Source: Tubiluchus corallicola (Eukaryota; Animalia; Priapulida). Taken from it: a stretch of DNA of 30,785 bases. The notes beneath the pieces were generated by a model. The model was not told where the DNA came from. It was given only the letters and a program-made list of their open reading frames with translations, and ran no database searches. The translations under genes and the position numbers were made by a program. This document shows, in pieces, positions 9,803 through 17,984 of the stretch (the first letter of the stretch is position 1; each line of letters opens with the position of its first letter). The stretch spans positions 1 to 30,785 of the forward strand of contig JAQGDQ010002454.1 of NCBI GenBank assembly GCA_030141605.1, in the 5' to 3' direction.

Positions 9803-10879
9803 ATGAAACGAAATAATAATGTGTTTTTTTGTCAAAAAGATGAGTTGGCAAACAGCTTGAAAAACTTTTTTCAACAAAATAGCTTTTCAAAGGTAGTAGT
9901 ACTGGTTGACGAAAACACACAAAAGCATTGCTATCCACTGGTAAAAAACTTACTTCCCACATCGCATGGAGTCATTGAAATAGAAAGTGGAGAGGAAAAT
10001 AAAAATATAGACACTTGCCAACTAATATGGCAAAAAATGACAAATTATCACCTTGATAGGCATGCTTTGCTTGTTAATTTAGGGGGTGGGGTAATAGGAG
10101 ATATGGGAGGATTTTGTGCTGCTTTGTTTAAAAGAGGGATTGCATTTATAAATATTCCCACTACACTTCTTGCACAGGTTGATGCTTCAGTGGGGGGGAA
10201 ACTCGGAATAGATTTTTATGGATTTAAGAATCATATAGGCATATTCTCTTTTCCTCAAAAGACCTTAATATGTACAGATTTTTTTGAAACCTTACCTTTT
10301 AGAGAATTAAAATCAGGTTTTGCAGAGGTTATTAAGCATGCACTTATTGCCAATAGAGATGATTTTTATGACAATATATCAGTGTTGGACATTGAGGAAA
10401 TCGGCAATTTAAATATGAGGAAGGTTGTGCAAAGCTCTATAAAAATCAAAGCCGAAGCTGTATTGATGGACCCTTTTGAAAAAGGTGCGAGGAAGATATT
10501 AAATTTTGGGCATACCATAGGACATGCCGTAGAAAACTTTTATTTGACACATACAAATAATAAGCTGTTGCATGGAGAAGCCATTGTCATAGGCATGATT
10601 TGTGAATCCTATCTATCTTCTCTTCTTATGGAATTACCGCAAAATGAACTTGATGATATTGTAATGTATTTGAAAAAGAATTTCTCTCCTATCATTATCC
10701 CCAAAAACTACTTTGACAAGATAGCAGCATTTACTAAACAAGATAAAAAAAATAAAGGTAGCAATGTGAATTTCTCACTATTACATACCATTGGAAAATG
10801 CGGGTTTGATATCCCTGTTGCTTTATCAATGATTGAAGAGTCACTGCAGTATTATAATCAAGTTATAACGCGAAAGTAA
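9803..10879 (+). CDS. aroB: 3-dehydroquinate synthase
   Basis: GEENKN, NLGGGVIGDMGGF, PTTLLAQVDASVGGK, SGFAEVIKH, RKILNFGHTIGHA, LLHGEA, DKK. Confidence 0.95.
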   Translation: MKRNNNVFFCQKDELANSLKNFFQQNSFSKVVVLVDENTQKHCYPLVKNLLPTSHGVIEIESGEENKNIDTCQLIWQKMTNYHLDRHALLVNLGGGVIGDMGGFCAALFKRGIAFINIPTTLLAQVDASVGGKLGIDFYGFKNHIGIFSFPQKTLICTDFFETLPFRELKSGFAEVIKHALIANRDDFYDNISVLDIEEIGNLNMRKVVQSSIKIKAEAVLMDPFEKGARKILNFGHTIGHAVENFYLTHTNNKLLHGEAIVIGMICESYLSSLLMELPQNELDDIVMYLKKNFSPIIIPKNYFDKIAAFTKQDKKNKGSNVNFSLLHTIGKCGFDIPVALSMIEESLQYYNQVITRK

Positions 10880-10935
10880 GCTATTATATATAGAATTATT
10901 TTTTAACCAAAGTCCAGATACAAATATTAAATCCC

Positions 10936-10943
10936 TATATTTG
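10936..10943 (+). promoter_or_regulatory. Bacteroidota -7 promoter element for the DUF1080-PHP gene
   Basis: TATATTTG in the aroB-DUF1080 intergenic region. Confidence 0.5.
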
Positions 10944-11005
10944 CATCTGTATGAAAGTTAATAGAATAAGAAAATTTCTTTATAGAAAATCAAAACCAAT
11001 TAGCT

Positions 11006-12406
11006 ATGTATAGACTCAAGTCATTTTTATTTGTTTTTGCTTTATTATTAAATTTTTTCATGTTTGTTTCATGTAATAAAAAGAAAGAACTATTTCAAGG
11101 AAGCTTTAAATTTTGGCAAGTTGAGGGGAACAAAAAACACTTCTTTATTGAAGACAATGCTATTGTTGCCGAAGGGGATGCTTCCTCTTTTTTGATGTAT
11201 ACAGGAAAAGATAGGGATTTTAGAAATTTTGAGATTTCTTTTGAGGTGATGACTGAACCCAAAGCCACTGCAAGTTTTTATTTTCATGTTAACCCATTAG
11301 TAAAAAACAAGTTAAGCACAGGGTATGAAATAACAATAAACAATGCTAATCAGCTGTTGTTACCTAAAACTGGGAGTCTAAGAAAAATTAGAAATTTATT
11401 TAAATCAATAACCAAAGATAATGAGTGGTTTAAATTAAAAATAAAAGTTGTAGAAAACAGTATACAAATAGTAGTTGACAATACTCTTTTGGTTGACTAT
11501 ATGGAGGAAAAAGAGCCTATAAGAACAAAAGAACTGCGACACAGGGTGTTGTCGCAAGGCACATTTGCTATACAGTCGCATGGTCAGGGTAAGGTGTTTT
11601 TTAGGAATATAGAAGTGGCTACTCCAGAAATTGTACCCATAGAGTATCCCATAGTAGACAACTACTATCAACAAAAGATGCTTTTGCATGCCAAAGACTT
11701 TCCGCTTATAGACTACCATGTGCACTTAAAAGGAGGACTTACACTGGAAGAAGCGTTGGATTTCTCACGGAAAGGAGGTATCTATTATGGAATAGCCCCC
11801 AATTGTGGAGTAGGGTTTCCTATTACAGATGATAAAGGTATTTATGATTATTTAGAAGAAAACCGAAATATTTCAGCTTTTATTGGAATGCAAGCAGAGG
11901 GGCGGGAGTGGGTAAATATTTTTTCTAAAGAGGCAATTAGCCAATTTGATTATGTGTTTACAGATGCTCTTACATTTTTTGATGATGAAGGTAGGAGAGT
12001 GCAACTTTGGAAACCTGAAACTCTGCTTATTGACAATGAACAGAGATTTATGGACATGTATGTAGAAAGAATAGTATCAATTTTGAACAATGAAAAATTT
12101 GATATATTTGTTAACCCAACATATTTGCCTCATAAGCTTGCGGATAAATATGATAAACTGTGGACAAAGAAAAGAATGAATAAAGTAATCAATGCTGCAA
12201 TAGAAAACAACAAAGCTATTGAGATTAACGCAAGATTTGAAGTGCCAAGTAAAACATTTATCAAAATGGCAAAAAAGAAAGGCGCAAAATTTGCAATGGG
12301 AACCAACAATGAAAAGAACATAGTAGGGGGATTGCATTATTGCCTGAACATGATGCGTGAATGTAAGTTAAAGAGAGAGGATATGTTTATGCCCGAAGGG
12401 TATTAA
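11006..12406 (+). CDS. Lipoprotein with DUF1080 (3-keto-glycoside hydrolase/hydratase-like) N-domain fused to a PHP-like C-domain
   Basis: Lipobox FVS-C23. DUF1080-like motifs F.NFE..FE, GYE..INN, KTGSL, NEWF, G.FAIQSHG..KVFFRNI. C-domain has DYHVHLKGG, QAEGREW, FDYVFTDA, AIEINAR. Confidence 0.8.
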   Translation: MYRLKSFLFVFALLLNFFMFVSCNKKKELFQGSFKFWQVEGNKKHFFIEDNAIVAEGDASSFLMYTGKDRDFRNFEISFEVMTEPKATASFYFHVNPLVKNKLSTGYEITINNANQLLLPKTGSLRKIRNLFKSITKDNEWFKLKIKVVENSIQIVVDNTLLVDYMEEKEPIRTKELRHRVLSQGTFAIQSHGQGKVFFRNIEVATPEIVPIEYPIVDNYYQQKMLLHAKDFPLIDYHVHLKGGLTLEEALDFSRKGGIYYGIAPNCGVGFPITDDKGIYDYLEENRNISAFIGMQAEGREWVNIFSKEAISQFDYVFTDALTFFDDEGRRVQLWKPETLLIDNEQRFMDMYVERIVSILNNEKFDIFVNPTYLPHKLADKYDKLWTKKRMNKVINAAIENNKAIEINARFEVPSKTFIKMAKKKGAKFAMGTNNEKNIVGGLHYCLNMMRECKLKREDMFMPEGY

Positions 12407-12422
12407 GTTTTTTTTTAAAGAG

Positions 12423-12460
12423 GAACAAGGGCATGAAGATTTTTTTCACTACCCTTGTTC
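12423..12460. terminator. Hairpin downstream of the DUF1080-PHP gene
   Basis: GAACAAGGG...CCCTTGTTC (9-bp perfect arms) with inner TGAA/TTCA; no clear U-tract on +. Confidence 0.45.
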
Positions 12461-12478
12461 AATAAAGAAAAATGAAAA

Positions 12479-12534
12479 AGCAGCTATATCTTAAAGTTTA
12501 TTAAACACTTTTTTTATATAGTTGCTATATTTTT
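12479..12534. terminator. Second intergenic hairpin, possible intrinsic terminator
   Basis: AGCAGCTATAT...ATATAGTTGCT (11 bp, one G-U pair on +), with T-rich 3' flanks on both strands. Confidence 0.4.
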
Positions 12535-12701
12535 GTTTCCTTATGTCATTGTGTTTTTGTTAAACATAATTTTTTATTTCTACAAAAGACATTTTTCTTT
12601 AAATTCTCTTTCTTTTCTTTAGACAAAAAAATAACGTATAGATTTTAGTTTTATTGCATAATACAAAGGTTCGTTTGTTTTACTTAATCAAAAAAAGTTA
12701 C

Positions 12702-12709
12702 TACCTTTG
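12702..12709 (+). promoter_or_regulatory. Bacteroidota -7 promoter element for def
   Basis: TACCTTTG overlaps the TTG chosen by the ORF track (12707), which supports ATG 12752 as the start. Confidence 0.6.
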
Positions 12710-12751
12710 CCCCTTGAGCTTAAATTCAAAAAACAAATAGCTAAAAAAATT

Positions 12752-13324
12752 ATGATACAGCAGATTATAGGGTATGGGCATCCTGTCTTGCGAAAAGAGG
12801 CTAACGATATTGAGAAGGGACAAATAGATATTGACGGACTTATAAAAGATATGTTTGAAACCATGCGACGTGCTCAAGGCATAGGGTTGGCTGCTCCTCA
12901 AATAGGAAAAAGTATTAATCTTTTTGTCGTAAATTTGGATGTAAGGCATGAAGAGGGAGAGGCAGAAGATGAAAATACTACTGAAAAATTTAAAGGTATT
13001 TTTATTAATCCTGTATTAATAGAGGAGTTTGGAGAAAAAAGAAATATGAAGAAGAGGTGCCTAAGTATACCAGGTATTAGGGCAGAAGTAGAAAGACATG
13101 AGCGAGTTCTGATACAATACCTTGATGAAAATTGGGAAGAAAAAGAGAGGGAATTTGATGGAATAGTTGCAAGAATTATTCAACATGAATATGACCACCT
13201 GAAAGGAGTTTTATTTATAGATCACTTGCCACTGTTAAAAAGAAATGTTATAAAAAGAAAATTAATAAGCATTAGCAAAGGAGTGGTTGATGCAGACTAC
13301 CCAATGAAGTTTTTAAAAAAATAG
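12752..13324 (+). CDS. def: Peptide deformylase
   Basis: YGHPVLRK, GIGLAAPQIG, FINP, CLSIPG, ARIIQHEYDHLKGVLFIDH. The EGCLS motif reads KRCLS because of an apparent compensated frameshift. Confidence 0.93.
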   Translation: MIQQIIGYGHPVLRKEANDIEKGQIDIDGLIKDMFETMRRAQGIGLAAPQIGKSINLFVVNLDVRHEEGEAEDENTTEKFKGIFINPVLIEEFGEKRNMKKRCLSIPGIRAEVERHERVLIQYLDENWEEKEREFDGIVARIIQHEYDHLKGVLFIDHLPLLKRNVIKRKLISISKGVVDADYPMKFLKK

Positions 13325-13352
13325 TAACACTCTTCAAAGAGAAAAATATAGT

Positions 13353-14588
13353 CTATTTCCCTTGTATTTCCTTGGCGATTTTTAAATTATAAGTTTTTAT
13401 CAAAGGATAGATTGATGAAAGCAAAACAATTATAAAAATCCCTACAAACTGCATCAGGTATGATGTAATGTCAAAGAATATAGGCAAAATAGGCTCAAAC
13501 CCAAACTCCAATAACATTTCACGCACGTCACCTGTTATTTGAATAGGGTTTTCGGTGAAATAAAATATAATAGGAACACTTAACACTGTACTGAGCAAGC
13601 CCCCAATAATTGTAATGATAAAAATTTCAATTGTTGTAATTAGCAATAATTTTCCTCTTTTCATTCCCACTGCTATCATAATGGAAAACTCTCTTTTCCT
13701 TTCGTTTACCATCATTAACATTGTTCCAAACACCCCAAACCCTATAACCATATAAAGTATGAACGAAATAACAAAAATAGCAGAGTCATCTGTTTTTTTT
13801 AGCTGTAAAAATTCATCTAATATCTCTTCCCAAGTCATTATTTCATATTGTTGAGTGCTTAGATAGGTACTTAGTTTATGTTTGAATTCTTGCAAATCAT
13901 TCAAAGATCGGAGATTAATAATTAAGCTAGAGGCTTTGTTTGGAGCAGAATAAAACTCTTCTGCAGTAGCCAACGGCATGAACACAACGCTTCTATTTAA
14001 GTTGGGAGAAGGCAAGTCACATATTCCTTGTACATGATATTTTCCTGTTGCAGTTGTTCCATGATAACCTTGGCTAAGTAATATGATTGTGTCATTTAAG
14101 TCTACTTCTAATGTGTTTGCAAACTTACTACCTATAATGACGGAGGACGTAGAAGAGGAGTCAAAAAAACCACCTTTTATCATTTTAGGGCTTATGTATG
14201 GGGTTAATAAACTGCTTTTTTTGATATCCATTCCCAACACCATTGCACCTTTTGAAATGGAGTCTGAAACTACAAGAGCAAAGGACTCTAACCTAGTAGA
14301 AAAAGCTTCTATATCATCCTTATATATCTTTTTGATTTGCTTAATAGAATCAGTATACTCAAAAATGTTATCTATAGTTTTATCATCCCAATAACCTTTT
14401 TTATGAATTTGCAGAGTTCCAGAATAAGTTTTTACAACAGACTGTATTAGATGCTTAAAAAAACCATCTTTTAATAAATGAAATTGCACAGCAAAAAACA
14501 TGGCAAACATAATAGATAATACTGTTATCCATGTTCTCTTGGGAGTACGCCAAAGGTTACGCCACGCTATTTGTAAGATACTTTTCAC
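13353..14588 (-). CDS. ABC transporter permease, LolE/FtsX/MacB-like
   Basis: IAWRNLWR..KRT.IT, large periplasmic loop, three C-terminal TM helices, M.VNERKREF.IM.AVGM; GTG start. Confidence 0.88.
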   Translation of the reverse strand: MKSILQIAWRNLWRTPKRTWITVLSIMFAMFFAVQFHLLKDGFFKHLIQSVVKTYSGTLQIHKKGYWDDKTIDNIFEYTDSIKQIKKIYKDDIEAFSTRLESFALVVSDSISKGAMVLGMDIKKSSLLTPYISPKMIKGGFFDSSSTSSVIIGSKFANTLEVDLNDTIILLSQGYHGTTATGKYHVQGICDLPSPNLNRSVVFMPLATAEEFYSAPNKASSLIINLRSLNDLQEFKHKLSTYLSTQQYEIMTWEEILDEFLQLKKTDDSAIFVISFILYMVIGFGVFGTMLMMVNERKREFSIMIAVGMKRGKLLLITTIEIFIITIIGGLLSTVLSVPIIFYFTENPIQITGDVREMLLEFGFEPILPIFFDITSYLMQFVGIFIIVLLSSIYPLIKTYNLKIAKEIQGK

Positions 14589-14785
14589 GTTGATTATTTA
14601 TAAACCATAAATACCAAACAAAATGTAAATTTATAAAATTTAATTTTTGCATAAAGATATAAAAAATATAGAATTATGGATACAAACTCCATAAGAAACT
14701 GCTAATTTTGAGTGTTATTTTTTATTGAAACTTATATAGTTAACATTTGCTTAGTGTAAGCGAATCAATAAATTTGAAAATTTAA

Positions 14786-14817
14786 TTTGCTTTAAAAAGT
14801 AAAAAGCTCTAAATTTG
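14786..14817 (+). promoter_or_regulatory. Bacteroidota -33/-7 promoter for tRNA-Gln-prs-rplY
   Basis: TTTG at 14786-14789, 20-nt spacer, TAAATTTG at 14810-14817, 13 nt before the tRNA. Confidence 0.65.
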
Positions 14818-14830
14818 TAAAAAATTCAAT

Positions 14831-14903
14831 TGTCCTGTGGTGTAACTGGCAACACGTCTGATTTTGGTTCAGAAGAGTCTAGGTTCGAGCCCTAGCAGGA
14901 CAA
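14831..14903 (+). tRNA. tRNA-Gln (anticodon TTG)
   Basis: Acceptor TGTCCTG/CAGGACA, anticodon arm TCTGA-TTTTGGT-TCAGA, T arm CTAGG-TTCGAGC-CCTAG; CCA not encoded. Confidence 0.96.
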
Positions 14904-14972
14904 CAAAATGCTTAAGCAAATATTTCTAAATTAATCCAAGTAAAGTAACATAAAAGTTCTGTTTTTCTATAT

Positions 14973-15908
14973 ATGAGTAGTGTTAAACTGTTTTCCACTT
15001 CCACTTCCTATTACCTAGCAGAAGGGATAGCGAGAGAGTATGGAGCCGAATTAGGAGATGTACATTTGCAACGATTTAGTGATGGAGAAATTTCGCCAAT
15101 ATACAAAAGTTCAGTGCGAGGGTGTGACGTATTTATAATAGGATCAACTAACCCTCCGTCAGATAATTTAGTGGAACTATTGCTGATGATAGATGCAGCC
15201 AAGCGAGCAAGTGCTAAGCAGGTGAGCGTAGTAATTCCCTATTATGGCTACGCAAGGCAGGACAGAAAAGACCAACCAAGAGTGTCGATAGCAGCAAAAG
15301 TTGTTGCAAACTTATTGTCTGCCGCAGGGGCAGATAGAGTAATAACTTGTGATTTGCACGCAGGGCAGATTCAAGGTTTTTTTGACTATCCAGTTGACCA
15401 TTTATATGGCTCTTATGTTTTTGCTAAATATTTGAAAAACTTGGCTAAGAGAGGAAAATTAGACTTAATCATTGCATCACCTGATGTAGGAGGGACAAAA
15501 AGAGCAAGGAGTTTTGCTAAACGTTTAAGGGTAGGAATGGTGATATGTGACAAGCGTAGGGACCAGCCGAATCAGATAGCCTCCATGCAAGTAATAGGCG
15601 ATGTAGAAGGCAAAGATGTAGTGTTGGTAGATGATTTAGTAGATACAGGAGGGACCTTAGCAACAGCAGCTGGGGTGTTAAAGGAAAAAGGAGCAAAAAG
15701 CGTAAGAGCTATTTGTACGCATGCTATACTTTCGGGCAAGGCATTTGAAACAATAGGAGACTCTGAATTGGAAAAATTAGTAGTAACCAATACGCTTCCA
15801 TTAAAAAAAGTAATAGATAAAATAGAAGTGTTAGACGTTGCTCCTATGTTTGCAAAAGGAATAAGAAAGATAACTCAAAACGAATCAATAAGTTCGTTAT
15901 TTATTTGA
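14973..15908 (+). CDS. prs: Ribose-phosphate pyrophosphokinase
   Basis: RFSDGEI, PYYGYARQDRK, DLHAGQIQGFF, SPDVGG..RA, VDDLVDTGGT. Confidence 0.96.
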   Translation: MSSVKLFSTSTSYYLAEGIAREYGAELGDVHLQRFSDGEISPIYKSSVRGCDVFIIGSTNPPSDNLVELLLMIDAAKRASAKQVSVVIPYYGYARQDRKDQPRVSIAAKVVANLLSAAGADRVITCDLHAGQIQGFFDYPVDHLYGSYVFAKYLKNLAKRGKLDLIIASPDVGGTKRARSFAKRLRVGMVICDKRRDQPNQIASMQVIGDVEGKDVVLVDDLVDTGGTLATAAGVLKEKGAKSVRAICTHAILSGKAFETIGDSELEKLVVTNTLPLKKVIDKIEVLDVAPMFAKGIRKITQNESISSLFI

Positions 15909-15931
15909 CATATATAAATCATTAAAATATT

Positions 15932-16561
15932 ATGAAAACCATTGAGATTATAGGGTATAAAAGAGCAAATCTTGGAAAAACCGAAGCAAAACAACTTAGA
16001 TTGAAAAGTTATGTGCCATCTGTATTATATGGAGGAGAAAAGCAGGTGCACTTTTACTCTCCAATGATTCTATTTAGAGATATAGTATATACTCCCGAAA
16101 TAGCTTTTATAAGCTTAAATATTGAAGGAGAAGAATATAAAGCTATTTTGCAAGATGTGCAGTTTCATCCAGTAAGTGAAATTATTATGCACGCTGATTT
16201 TTTAGAGTTAAGAGAAAACAAACCTATTAAAATGAAAGTTCCCATAAAATTTGTTGGGAACCCTCCAGGAGTAAAAAAAGGAGGAAAATTGATAACGAAG
16301 TTAACACATTTGAATGTAAAGGCGCTACCTAAAAATATGCCTCAAACAATAGAAGTGGATGTTAACGGACTTGAGTTAGGGAAAAATATAAAGGTAGGGG
16401 AAATTAAAATTGGCGATTTTGAAATTCTTAACAGTAACTCTGTTTCAGTTGTGGGAATGGAAGTACCTAGAGCAATGAAAGGAAAAACTGCTGATGAAGA
16501 GAAAGCAGCAGCTACTGAAGAAGCTACACAAGAAGAGCAGGAATCATCATCTGACCAGTAA
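15932..16561 (+). CDS. rplY: 50S ribosomal protein L25 / general stress protein Ctc
   Basis: R..LGK...K.LR, VPSVLYGG, QDVQFHPV..I.HADF, GVKKGG; follows prs. Confidence 0.95.
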   Translation: MKTIEIIGYKRANLGKTEAKQLRLKSYVPSVLYGGEKQVHFYSPMILFRDIVYTPEIAFISLNIEGEEYKAILQDVQFHPVSEIIMHADFLELRENKPIKMKVPIKFVGNPPGVKKGGKLITKLTHLNVKALPKNMPQTIEVDVNGLELGKNIKVGEIKIGDFEILNSNSVSVVGMEVPRAMKGKTADEEKAAATEEATQEEQESSSDQ

Positions 16562-16571
16562 GTTGATTGAC

Positions 16572-16624
16572 TTACCAAAAAAAACATTATGAAGCATTGC
16601 AATGATGTGTGTTTTAATTGGTAA
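16572..16624. terminator. Imperfect hairpin between convergent rplY and rarA
   Basis: TTACCAA...TTGGTAA outer arms, AAAACA...TGTTTT inner arms, central CATTGCAATG palindrome. Confidence 0.4.
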
Positions 16625-16678
16625 AAGAACATTTGTTGAAGACTCTCTGAAAACAGAATTATTTACGTGTTTTGTTTC

Positions 16679-17941
16679 CTAATAACCGTATTTATCTTTC
16701 CAGAGCGCTTTTAGTCGCTTTCTAATTTCATTTTCCCGAACATTATCATTGGGGGTATATAGCAGAGAGTTAGCAATTTGTATAGGTAAATACTCTTGCT
16801 CTGTGAAGTTGTTTTTAAAACTATGATTGTATTTGTATTCTTTGCCATAGCCCATATTACGCATTAGATTTGTTGGAGCATTTCGCAAATGAAGAGGAAC
16901 AGGAAGATTCCCTGTTTTTTTTACCAGCTCTAAGGCGTTATTTATAGCGGCATATGAAGCATTGCTTTTAGGTGAGCAAGCTAAGTATATAGCACATTGT
17001 GATAATATTATTCTTGCTTCTGGATACCCTATCATATTTACTGCATTGAAACAATTAGTTGCAATAACCAAGGCAGTAGGGTTGGCATTGCCAACGTCTT
17101 CAGATGCCGAAATTATCATCCTACGGGCAATAAACTTTACATCTTCCCCTCCATCAATCATACGCGCCAGCCAATATACTGTCGCATTTGGATCGCTTCC
17201 TCTGATAGATTTGATGAAGGCAGAAATAATGTCGTAGTGCTGCTCTCCTTTCTTATCGTATAGAGCTATTTTTTGTAGCGCTACTTTGGTTATCTCTTTA
17301 TTTGTTACCACCACTTTTTTATCTCCTACACTACTCACATACATTTCAAATATGTTGAGCAATTTTCTTGCGTCTCCTCCAGAAAGTCTAATGAGAGCTT
17401 CGTGTTCTTTAATTTCAATGCGCTTTTCTTTTAAAAAAACATCTTTTTTGATGGCATTGTGTAGTAGTTGTAACAAATCTTTTTCACGCAGAGGTTTTAA
17501 TGTATAGACTTGACATCTAGATAAAAGGGCAGGATTTACTTCAAAAGAAGGGTTTTCTGTTGTTGCGCCTATTAGTGTAATTGTGCCCTTTTCTACTGCT
17601 TGTAGCAGAGCATCCTGTTGAGACTTATTAAAGCGATGAATTTCATCAATAAATAGTATAGAATTTGCTTGTGTTTTTGCTTTGTTAATTATTTCTCTTA
17701 CCTCTTTTACCCCAGACGATACGGCACTAATTGTATAAAATTGTGCTTTTATTTGAAGGGAAATAATGTTAGCGAGAGTTGTTTTTCCTGTGCCAGGAGC
17801 TCCCCAAAAAATCAATGAAGGAAGTTTGTCATATGCGAACATTCTTCTTAGTACGCCATTTTTTCCAGTTAAATGTTCTTGTCCAATAAGTTCATCTAAT
17901 GAAGAGGGGCGACATCTTTCTGCTAAGGGAATTGAGTGCAT
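16679..17941 (-). CDS. rarA: Replication-associated recombination protein A (MgsA/RarA AAA+ ATPase)
   Basis: PLAER.RP, Walker A GAPGTGKTT, FIDEIHRFNKSQQD, GATTENPSF, YDIISAFIKSIRGSD, VPLHLRNAPT. Confidence 0.95.
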   Translation of the reverse strand: MHSIPLAERCRPSSLDELIGQEHLTGKNGVLRRMFAYDKLPSLIFWGAPGTGKTTLANIISLQIKAQFYTISAVSSGVKEVREIINKAKTQANSILFIDEIHRFNKSQQDALLQAVEKGTITLIGATTENPSFEVNPALLSRCQVYTLKPLREKDLLQLLHNAIKKDVFLKEKRIEIKEHEALIRLSGGDARKLLNIFEMYVSSVGDKKVVVTNKEITKVALQKIALYDKKGEQHYDIISAFIKSIRGSDPNATVYWLARMIDGGEDVKFIARRMIISASEDVGNANPTALVIATNCFNAVNMIGYPEARIILSQCAIYLACSPKSNASYAAINNALELVKKTGNLPVPLHLRNAPTNLMRNMGYGKEYKYNHSFKNNFTEQEYLPIQIANSLLYTPNDNVRENEIRKRLKALWKDKYGY

Positions 17942-17984
17942 CGTTATACTTTAGGTAAGATATTGTTGTATACATCAAAGCTGT

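Noticed and set aside
10951-11013. 20-codon upstream ORF overlapping the DUF1080-PHP start
   Set aside because: No attenuator structure or biased codons; such ORFs arise easily by chance in AT-rich DNA.
12472-12622. Hydrophobic 49-aa peptide obtainable on the plus strand with one base removed
   Set aside because: It needs an assumed indel, and T-rich DNA gives Phe/Leu/Ile-rich reads by default.
14831-14972. tRNA-Gln as an integration site
   Set aside because: No integrase, no duplicated tRNA 3' end seen, and prs follows in its usual context.
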